The position numbers and the translations under genes are program-made. This document shows, piece after piece, positions 55,472-64,000 of a DNA stretch of 64,000 nucleotides (position 1 is the first letter of the stretch; every line of letters begins with the position of its first letter). This DNA comes from an uncultured Acidobacteriota bacterium (lineage in GTDB: Bacteria > Acidobacteriota > Blastocatellia > RBC074), in NCBI GenBank assembly GCA_963796275.1, contig CAWCKY010000004.1:1312001-1376000 (forward strand). The letters are read 5' to 3'. A model generated the notes under the pieces. That model was not told the DNA's origin and did not search any database. It saw only the letters and a list, made by a program, of their open reading frames with translations.

Positions 55472-56332
55472 TTGGAGTTCCGCGTTTACACTGTCTTTAT
55501 CATTTCGGAAGATTACCGGACCGCCTGAAGGCGGAACTCCGAACTTCGCGTTTGGAGTTCCGCGTTTACGCGGTCTTTATCATTCAGAAGATTTCCGGAC
55601 CGCCTGAAGGCGGAACTCCGAACTTCGCGTTTGGAGTTCCGCGTTTACGCGGTCTTTATCATTTCGGAAGATTTCCGGACCGCCTGAAGGCGGAACTCCG
55701 AACTTCGCGTTTGGAGTTCCGCGTTTACGCGGTCTTTATCATTCAGAAGATTTCCGGACCGCCTGAAGGCGGAACTCCGAACTTCGCGTTTGGAGTTCCG
55801 CGTTTACGCGGTCTTTATCATTCAGAAGATTTCCGGACCGCCTGAAGGTGGAACTCCGAACTTCGCGTTTGGAGTTCCGCGTTTACGCGGTCTTTATCAT
55901 TTCGGAAGATTTCCGGACCGCCTGAAGGCGGAACTCCGAACTTCGCGTTTGGAGTTCCGCGTTTACGCGGTCTTTATCATTCAGAAGATTTCCGGACCGC
56001 CTGAAGGTGGAACTCCGAACTTCGCGTTTGGAGTTCCGCGTTTACGCGGTCTTTATCATTCGGAAGATTTCCGGACCGCCTGAAGGCGGAACTCCGAACT
56101 TCGCGTTTGGAGTTCCGCGTTTACGCGGTCTTTATCATTCAGAAGATTTCCGGACCGCCTGAAGGTGGAACTCCGAACTTCGCGTTTGGAGTTCCGCGTT
56201 TACGCGGTCTTTATCATTTCGGAAGATTTCCGGACCGCCTGAAGGCGGAACTCCGAACTTCGCGTTTGGAGTTCCGCGTTTACGCGGTCTTTATCATTCG
56301 GAAGATTTCCGGACCGCCAAAAGCGGTACTCG
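55472..56332. repeat. Tandem REP-doublet array C: 11 units, 79-80 bp period
   Basis: GGAG starts at 55474, 55554, 55633, 55713, 55792, 55871, 55951, 56030, 56109, 56188, 56268. The first and last units are degenerate. Lies between convergent genes. Confidence 0.92.
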
Positions 56333-56361
56333 CGTCCCAAAGGAATTGGCCACAAAACTCA

Positions 56362-58917
56362 CTACCTCGATATGGATAAATCAACACCGCGGTTTCTTCT
56401 AATCAATTGATCCAATTCGTGGGCTAATTTGGAGTTTCTATTCTCCAATATCTTCTGATTCTGTACTGCCGCTGCGAGATCTCCATCCCAAAGGTACAAT
56501 AATGCCAGTTTGAACCGCTCGTACTCTTTTTCCGGATGTGTACCCAGGTTTTTCTCAACCTCCTGGATAGCCTCTTTCGCTTCCCGCAGTTCGTAAATCG
56601 AACGGGACAGATTTTCAGATGCCACAGCACAGCTCTTATCCCAGTCACTCGCGGAACAAATACTAACAGCCTTGGACAAATGCTTCTTTGCATCGCGCCA
56701 TTCCTTATTTGCGACATGAACGAGACCGATATTATAGAGTGGCCCGAAACTCTCTTTGATCAAGAGCGCCCTGTTCGATGCCATTAGGCACAAATCGTAA
56801 TTCCCCAAGCTGTAATGGGCAAAACCGAGTTGTTGCCATGCCAGGTCGAGTCGGGAGTCGGTATCGACTGATTGCTGAAGTGGTATGATCGCTTCCGCGA
56901 ATTTCCCCTCATCCACGAGACTCGCGCCCAGATTATAAAATCCTATCGCCTCGCTTGAGATATCCGTTGGATAGACAATTTTTTTCCGCGATAGCTTATC
57001 CATTGGTATTGGCTGTTCTAGTGCATTTGGTTGCGCCTCGATGCTCGGTGATATCCGCTCACGCGTGGTTACAGGCTGGTTTCGTAATCCTGGCTGCTCC
57101 GATCCCCTCAGCCGAAAATACGAGCCTATAAAAAACCCGATGAGCAGGATCAATATCACAACCCGCCGGCTGTTTTTCCTGGTCGCAACTTCCCAATCTT
57201 TCGTCGCCTGTGCGAAGGATTGCTTCTCGCTCATCAATGAAGGAAGAAGACGCTGGCGGCTGTCTTCGATCTGACTCTTGACGCGGTTCAGATAAAATGC
57301 GCCGCTGCTTAATTCGAGCTCAAGCCGATGGCGCAACTCGTCGATCTCTTTTTCAACGGAGATGCGCGCCCGGTGCGTCACGCCATCGCCATTCGCTTCG
57401 AGAGTATCGAGCCGCGATTGGCGCATTTGAGGGATCCTTTCGTATGTCTCTTTCCGGTTCTGCAGTTCAACGAACTTGTCGATAAATCGTTCATCGGTAG
57501 CCTCCTCTTTCCATTTCTTTTCCAATTCGCGAACATTTTCATCAGCCTCGCGCATGACTGTCTGAATCTTGGCGACGATCGGGCTGTGAACTTTCGAACT
57601 CTTGAATCGGAAAAATCGCCATCCCTTATTTCTGGCGATACCCGCTACCACAACCCCAGCCAGCGCCAGTGTAAAGATGGAAGCCGTCGTAACCCCGATG
57701 GCGAATCCGGCGATTACCGCGATAACTAGAGCGAGAATCATGAATTTCGATCTCTCGCGCACAGCCTTCCACCCCAGATTGGAAGGTTCCAGCAATTCAT
57801 GTGAGACCGTGCGTACCGATGGAGTTGCCGGCGGAGGGCTTATCGATGAAATCTCTTGCCAGACCTCATCGAGCTTGAAGTGCACGCGCTTCCGCGCCTT
57901 CCCGTTTAGCGGGAAATTGAAGAGCCGTATCCTCGCGCCCGTTTCAATCCCGCACCAGGGACACTCGGGTAATTCCCGGAAATAATGATGCCCGCTGTGA
58001 AGACCGCATTTCTTCAGAGAAGTCGCCAATGACTCGAGCGGCGCGATCCATTCTTGTGGTTTGGGGCGCTCGTCGGCAATCGCCGATAAAAAAGCGCGGC
58101 GGAACAGTTCCGCGATCGGCTCGGGAATCGCATCCATCGACAAGGCGCCAGGCGGCTGCTTCATATCCCTCGATCCGGAATCGGCTCCGTATGCGAACCG
58201 GTGTTCCCTGATCGCCCTCAGCAACGACATCTCTCCTTCGCCCAAATAAAGGCCCGAGAATGGATGCCTGCCAAGGAAGAGAAGTTGGAATACCGCCACC
58301 GCCAGACCAAAAGAATCGTGAGCAGGTACGCGATTGACCTCACCGAGTGCTATTCCTTGCAACTCCGGCGGAGTGTATTCGGGGAAGCCTCCCTCACATC
58401 GATAAAATTTGCGGCCGGCCGACACCTGAAAACTGTCACAGTCGAGCAGAAAAATGGTCGCTCTCCTGGTGACGAGAATATTTTTGGGATTGACGTCCCC
58501 GATGACGAAACCGTGTTCGTGGACGTTGGCGATTGCCCGCACGATGTTTGCGGCCACGTATATCAGGAACTCCCAAGAGGCTTCGGGGAACGACTGCAGC
58601 CTGCTCTTTGGACTGTGGAGGGCGTGGACTTCTTTCCCCTCGTTGATCCTCTTCATCACAAACCCGACCACATCGCCTCCGGGGCGAGCGCGCAATATAT
58701 CGACGGGCCAGGCGGAGAGTTTGATTAACCTTCCCGTTCCGAGGCGCGAAAGCGTGATGAGCTTCTCGGACTTCTCCGGCGTTATCGGTCCGTGGTAAAT
58801 CTTGGCTGCGAGATCGCATCTGCCTTGAACTTCAAAAACCGCCCCCTCGCCGCCCGCGCCTAGAGGCTCTCCAGTTCGAACGATTTCCCCATCGGAGTTG
58901 TAAAAATTCTTATTCAT
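56362..58917 (-). CDS. TerY-associated (YegI-like) membrane Ser/Thr kinase with C-terminal TPRs
   Basis: GAGGEGAV, AAKIY, IGDVNPKN, LLDCDSF and EYTPPE; C...H....CPWC zinc site; TM segments; coiled coil; TPRs. Confidence 0.88.
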   Translation of the reverse strand: MNKNFYNSDGEIVRTGEPLGAGGEGAVFEVQGRCDLAAKIYHGPITPEKSEKLITLSRLGTGRLIKLSAWPVDILRARPGGDVVGFVMKRINEGKEVHALHSPKSRLQSFPEASWEFLIYVAANIVRAIANVHEHGFVIGDVNPKNILVTRRATIFLLDCDSFQVSAGRKFYRCEGGFPEYTPPELQGIALGEVNRVPAHDSFGLAVAVFQLLFLGRHPFSGLYLGEGEMSLLRAIREHRFAYGADSGSRDMKQPPGALSMDAIPEPIAELFRRAFLSAIADERPKPQEWIAPLESLATSLKKCGLHSGHHYFRELPECPWCGIETGARIRLFNFPLNGKARKRVHFKLDEVWQEISSISPPPATPSVRTVSHELLEPSNLGWKAVRERSKFMILALVIAVIAGFAIGVTTASIFTLALAGVVVAGIARNKGWRFFRFKSSKVHSPIVAKIQTVMREADENVRELEKKWKEEATDERFIDKFVELQNRKETYERIPQMRQSRLDTLEANGDGVTHRARISVEKEIDELRHRLELELSSGAFYLNRVKSQIEDSRQRLLPSLMSEKQSFAQATKDWEVATRKNSRRVVILILLIGFFIGSYFRLRGSEQPGLRNQPVTTRERISPSIEAQPNALEQPIPMDKLSRKKIVYPTDISSEAIGFYNLGASLVDEGKFAEAIIPLQQSVDTDSRLDLAWQQLGFAHYSLGNYDLCLMASNRALLIKESFGPLYNIGLVHVANKEWRDAKKHLSKAVSICSASDWDKSCAVASENLSRSIYELREAKEAIQEVEKNLGTHPEKEYERFKLALLYLWDGDLAAAVQNQKILENRNSKLAHELDQLIRRNRGVDLSISR

Positions 58918-58944
58918 GGCTTTAGGGTTTCATGGCTTCTGTTT

Positions 58945-59700
58945 TTATCTTCTGGTCGCCAGGATCAGTGTCTTGTCATCATCCGTCCTCCCGTTGATCC
59001 TGTCAGAATTCAAATATTCGACCAGTGAATCCGAGAGCTCTCTTGAATATCCAATGCGGCGCGGCCGCAGCCAGGCGAACATCGATGCGAAGTATGGCGC
59101 ATATGCCTTCCGGGTGCGGTAGTCTAACACCAGATTTTGAATCCCATCCGTGAAAAGCGCGACCTCGTCGATACCAGAGGTATTCATCTCACAGTAAATC
59201 TTATCCGCAGCATCGTCATCGGTCAAAAAATTGGTCGAATTGGCATATTCGCCCTGTTGCGGCCAGCAAACGCAACGATATTCGTCTTCTCCGGCGGAGG
59301 CGACGATCGCGCCGTCACCGATTTGAAAATATGCCGCCTGTTCCCTTCCCACAACCGCCGCCAGCAGTGTGCAGGCGTATTCCCTGGGCGATTCGCCAGC
59401 CCATCTCGCGGCTATACTTTGAAACCTGCCGATCCAGCCGTGAATGAAATCATCGACGAGCTGTTCCCAGGTTTTTCCTCCATCAAAATGTGACTTGACA
59501 TCTGCGACCAACAGATCACAAGCCAGAATCGAGCCCAGATTGGCACGAACCGCGCTGCCAGCGCCATCCGATGCAACAGCCAGCAGAATTTCTTCTCCCT
59601 GTGGCCCGTTAAAAACCTCGGCTCGACACGAGTCCTGACAAGTCATCGCGGATTTGTTATGTGATGTACCGGCGACCGAGGCTAATCCATATTTCCACAT
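58945..59700 (-). CDS. TerY-associated PP2C phosphatase (YegK-like)
   Basis: GTSH...CQD, ASDGAGS, QIGDG, LFTDG and DDKTL motifs. Confidence 0.92.
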   Translation of the reverse strand: MWKYGLASVAGTSHNKSAMTCQDSCRAEVFNGPQGEEILLAVASDGAGSAVRANLGSILACDLLVADVKSHFDGGKTWEQLVDDFIHGWIGRFQSIAARWAGESPREYACTLLAAVVGREQAAYFQIGDGAIVASAGEDEYRCVCWPQQGEYANSTNFLTDDDAADKIYCEMNTSGIDEVALFTDGIQNLVLDYRTRKAYAPYFASMFAWLRPRRIGYSRELSDSLVEYLNSDRINGRTDDDKTLILATRR

Positions 59701-59751
59701 AAACAGTTTTTAGTTTTCAGGCGCAGATACCGGAAATCCGGAGTCAAAAAC

Positions 59752-60501
59752 TCATAATGAAGCCCAGCCATCGGGTGACACAGGATTCTTGAGTTCGACG
59801 TCGTCTCCGGGACTTGAGCGTGATACGTAGGCCAGCGAAGACGAGAGCCACATAAACATCTCCCGAAAACGCATGCCGGTGAGTTTGAGCGGCTGCCGGA
59901 CTGAAATATTCCGGAGTAAGTCGAAATTAGCGCCCTCAACCCCGACGGCGAAAAAAGCGAACGCCTTTGAGTCCTCTCCTGCCCGGACAAGATCGGCCGC
60001 GCGTTCCCAATTGTCGGTCGGCTCACCATCGCTGATCAAAAAAATCCACGGCCGGTAGTAGGATATCCCGTTTTGCCGATAGGCGGCCTTTCGCTCATTC
60101 ACTATTTCAATGGCCTTTTCGATCGCGGTTCCCATCGGTGTGTCACCTTCAGCGCCTAGCGTGGGAGGGCTGAATAGATCGGGAGACTGAAATTCCGTAA
60201 TTCGCTTGACCGGGCCAAAGGTCATCAATGACAGCTCGACCCGTTTGATCGCCAGCCCATCGGTCAACAGAGCGGTCCTGAAAGCCATGAGGCCCGCGTT
60301 CAGCTCATCGATCGGCCTCACTCTTCTGATGGATATCGAATCGTTGAGTATCTTCTGGACAGGCGAGAGCGACGGCGAAACGGCCTTCACATGATTCATT
60401 GACCCCGAAGTATCCAGGAGGAGGACGCACGGACAGCGCGGCTCCGGGTTATCGACGAATTCGGGATCGGGAAACGGGACCTGGTCTTGAAATTCGTTCA
60501 C
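59752..60501 (-). CDS. TerY/YegL-like vWA domain protein
   Basis: [38 protein letters not shown] and F.WLSSS. GTG 60501 follows a GGGAG Shine-Dalgarno. Confidence 0.92.
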   Translation of the reverse strand: MNEFQDQVPFPDPEFVDNPEPRCPCVLLLDTSGSMNHVKAVSPSLSPVQKILNDSISIRRVRPIDELNAGLMAFRTALLTDGLAIKRVELSLMTFGPVKRITEFQSPDLFSPPTLGAEGDTPMGTAIEKAIEIVNERKAAYRQNGISYYRPWIFLISDGEPTDNWERAADLVRAGEDSKAFAFFAVGVEGANFDLLRNISVRQPLKLTGMRFREMFMWLSSSLAYVSRSSPGDDVELKNPVSPDGWASL

Positions 60502-60832
60502 GTATAGATTACTCCCAGTAAGTAAGAGCCACAGCAAACTTTTTTTCAAACACTATCTTCCTTATCCCTGCTCATATCCCTGCAATTGCTGCTGTGGATT
60601 CTATCATCGAAAAGACGCCAAAACACCACCGGCGGTTCCCAAATGTATGAATGGTTCTCTGTAAATACTACGATTGGTGCATAAATCATCGTTATTTATC
60701 TGAGGAGTGTTCAAAATTAATCTCCAACATAATCTATTTTCACGCAGCTCACGCCCGGGTGCACCTTACAATCGTTGACGTTTGCCCCCCTCAATTTAGT
60801 CGCACGACTAATTTGCTAGACGCGAATTTTTG

Positions 60833-61462
60833 TCATTTTGCGACTTTTTTGGTTCTCTCAGAGTTTTCGCTCGATTTCTTATGATTATCTACGGACTTCA
60901 ACACCTCTAGCTCGAAGATAATCTCCTTGCCCCGCACGATCGCGTTAACATACTGCTCCCAGAACTTGCGAAAGAACCTCAAGCTGGGATACGAATTATC
61001 GAGATTTATCAACAATTCAAATCCAAATGGCTTCCAAAGGTTCAGTACGGTCACACGGGTCCGGCGCTCACGAAATCGAACCTCGGTATAAAAAGGAAAA
61101 ACTTCGCGCCCTTCGATCAAATTGCGGAACGAATAACTGTTGAGATGGTTGCGGTGTGTCAGGTCAGTAGCAAAATCGGGATTTGTCCAATGAGGTGCGA
61201 TAAGCTTGACCAATCCGCCGGGCCGCGTGATGCGGTGTAATTCCATCACTACTGCCAATGGATCACGGACATGTTCGATAACGTGGCGGCCGATTACTTC
61301 ATCGAACTGGTTATCGGGGAAAGGATAGGGTATATCGTCGAGATCGTGGATCACGTCGGCAGCACTGCGCTGGTTGACATCCATACCGATTGCGCCGGGA
61401 ATCTTGTTGGTTCCGCAGCCGATGTCGAGCACGCGAGGGCTTGCCTCATAGCTTCGGCTCAT
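60833..61462 (-). CDS. Class I SAM-dependent methyltransferase (type 11-like)
   Basis: VLDIGCG, PFPDNQFD..HVIEH and ELHRITRPGG motifs. Confidence 0.85.
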   Translation of the reverse strand: MSRSYEASPRVLDIGCGTNKIPGAIGMDVNQRSAADVIHDLDDIPYPFPDNQFDEVIGRHVIEHVRDPLAVVMELHRITRPGGLVKLIAPHWTNPDFATDLTHRNHLNSYSFRNLIEGREVFPFYTEVRFRERRTRVTVLNLWKPFGFELLINLDNSYPSLRFFRKFWEQYVNAIVRGKEIIFELEVLKSVDNHKKSSENSERTKKVAK

Positions 61463-61584
61463 TACTTTAGACTTCCTTACTCTGGAACATCTGCTTCGCT
61501 GCTACAGCAAACAAGAAGTCGTAGTTTAGCACAGCCTTCATTTGTGTTTTTGTCTTATTGTGTTTTTTGTGGTCAGTCCCATTC

Positions 61585-64000
61585 TCAATCAGGCTGATAA
61601 TTCAGATTCGGCGCGAGCCATCGCTCGATTTCGCCTGTATCCATGCCTTTGCGGCGAGCGTAATCTTCAACCTGATCGCGCTCGATCTTGCCGAGGGCGA
61701 AGTATTTAGCTTCAGGATGTGCGAGGTAGAGGCCGCTGATAGAGCTCGCGGGAATCATTGCAAATGACTCTGTCAGTGTGATTCCGATACTATTTTCAGT
61801 ATTCAGCAAATCGAACAACAAGCGCTTCTCGGTGTGATCTGGCTGAGCCGGATAGCCCGGAGCCGGCCGTATCCCACGATATTTTTCTTTGATCAGTTCT
61901 TCGATGCTGAGGTCTTCATCGAGACCGTACCCCCATTCTTCGCGCGCCCGCTTGTGCAACAACTCGGCAAAGGCCTCGGCCAGACGGTCTGCCAGCGCCT
62001 TCGCCATAATCGAGCTGTAATCGTCGAGATCACTCTCGAACTGAGCGCAAAGTTCGGAGAGACCGAAGCCCGTCGTAAGGGCGAATCCCCCGATGTAATC
62101 GGCCCGGCCCGATGATCTGGGCGCGATGAAATCGGCGAGCGCGTGATTGAATTGCCCCTCACGCTTCTCACCCTGCTGGCGCAAGGTATGAAACGTGGTG
62201 AGGATAGTCGCGCGCGCTTCGCCGGGATAGACTTCGATGTCATCACCGAAAGCGTTGGCCGGCCAGAAGCCGTATACGGCGTGGGCCTTGAGCTCTCTTC
62301 GGTTGACGATGCGCGCGAGCAAATTCTGCGCATCTTCGTATAACTTGCGGGCCTGCGCTCCGCTGGACGGGTCATCGAGTATGCGCGGGAATATCCCTTT
62401 CAACTCCCACGCGTGAAAGAATGGCGACCAATCGATGAATGGCGTTATTTGCTCGAGCGGATAATTTTTCAGAAGCCTGACGCCCGTGAATTCAGGTTTG
62501 GCGATCTCGGTCGTCGCCCAATCAATCGGCGTCCGGTTGGCGCGCGCCTTTTCGAGCGTGAGCAATGGCCGCTGGTCCCGCCTGGCTTCATAGAGTTCCC
62601 GGTCGCGATTCTGCTCGCTGAGGTTCTTCAAAGCGAAACGGCTGCGCGTCTCGGCGTTGACCAGAGCCCCGACCACCGGAACGGCGCGTGATGCGTCGAG
62701 AACGTGAACGACGGGCGGTTCGTAGTTCGGCGCGATCTTAACAGCCGTATGCACACGGCTGGTCGTCGCGCCGCCGATCAGCAATGGAGTAGTGAAGCCC
62801 TCGCGCTGCATCTCGCGCGCGACGTGAACCATCTCGTCGAGGGATGGGGTGATGAGCCCGCTCAATCCGATGATGTCTACCTTCTCTTCGTGCGCGACTC
62901 TCAACAGCTTCTCGCAAGGTACCATCACGCCCAGGTCGATGACCTGGTAGTTGTTACATGCCAGCACGACCCCCACTATGTTTTTGCCTATGTCGTGTAC
63001 GTCGCCCTTGACGGTGGCCATCAGAATTTTGCCCTGGGCCCGTCCATTTCCATGCGCCGCCTTCTCTTCGTCCATGAAAGGTTCCAGATAAGCGACTGCC
63101 TTCTTCATGACGCGGGCGGATTTCACCACCTGCGGCAAAAACATCTTGCCCGAACCGAAGAGATCGCCGACCACATTCATTCCGTCCATCAACGGCCCTT
63201 CGATGACGGCCAGCGGTCTGCCATATTTCTGCCGTGCTTCCTCGGCATCCGCCTCGATGAAATCGGCGTTGCCCTTGACCAGCGCATGCGACAAACGTTC
63301 TTCCACCGTACCTGTGCGCCACTCCTCTTCTTTCGCTTCTACCTTGTCCTGCTTTTTGACCGTTTCGGCAAAGGCGATCAGTCTTTCAGTCGAATCCGGC
63401 CGCCGATTGAGCAGGACATCTTCGACCAGTTCAAGCAGGTTTTGGGGATCTCATCATAGACGGTGAGCTGGCCGGCGTTGACGATGCCCATGTCCATCCC
63501 GGCCTTGATCGCGTGATAGAGGAAAGCCGAATGCATCGCCTCGCGCACGGTATTGTTGCCGCGGAACGAAAACGAAATGTTGCTCACGCCTCCACTGACT
63601 TTCGCCAAAGGCAGATTTTCTTTGATCCACTTGGTCGCGCGGATGAAATCGACCGCGTAATTGTTGTGTTCATCCATCCCAGTCGCGACGGTCAGGATAT
63701 TCGGGTCGAAGATGATGTCCTGCGGCGGAAAACCTATTTCGTCGGCCAAAATGCGATAGGCGCGCCCGCATATCTCTATCCGGCGTTCTAAATTATCCGC
63801 CTGCCCCTTCTCGTCAAATGCCATCACGATGACCGCCGCGCCGTAACGGCGGATCAGACTCGCCTGCTCTCTGAATTTTTCTTCGCCTTCCTTGAGCGAG
63901 ATGGAATTGACTACGGCCTTGCCCTGCACACATCTAAGACCCGCCTCGATAACCGACCATTTGGAAGAGTCGATCACCAGCGGCACGCGGGCGATATCGG
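61585..64000 (-). CDS. metH: Cobalamin-dependent methionine synthase (5' part outside the window); apparent -1 frameshift near 63441
   Basis: [54 protein letters not shown] and RPAPGYPA. Adding one base at CCCAAAACC restores [20 protein letters not shown]. Confidence 0.96.

Overview
Bacterial chromosomal window of moderately high GC. The gene types (wHTH-TolB/PD40 sensor, Oar-like TonB-dependent receptor, cyclic beta-1,2-glucan synthase, GGAG-footed REPs) suggest Acidobacteriota, possibly Blastocatellia; this is inference. Housekeeping genes are folP, iscS-iscU, glcE-glcF, aceE and metH. Accessory genes include a giant pectate lyase, sugar oxidoreductases, a ~2,900-aa cyclic glucan synthase, a CheB/CheR-PAS histidine kinase with a NarL-type regulator, a six-gene FHA/zinc-ribbon Ser/Thr phospho-signalling cluster ending in a PrsW-FHA fusion, and a TerY-P triad. 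Features the ORF track misses: (1) a tRNA-Ile2(CAT) gene split after U33 by a 388-nt group I intron with an atypical P1 and an enlarged P2; (2) a probable secreted selenocysteine peroxiredoxin (in-frame TGA at the catalytic site plus a SECIS-like hairpin); (3) three tandem REP-doublet arrays of one family; (4) a 213-bp MITE with 18-bp TIRs and a 5-bp target duplication sitting in the loop of a REP-like hairpin; (5) heptamer-armed hairpin repeats and a decayed four-helix-bundle gene. Three single-base frameshifts (glucan synthase, Ser/Thr kinase, metH) look like sequencing or assembly errors. No CRISPR array, rRNA or transposase was seen.
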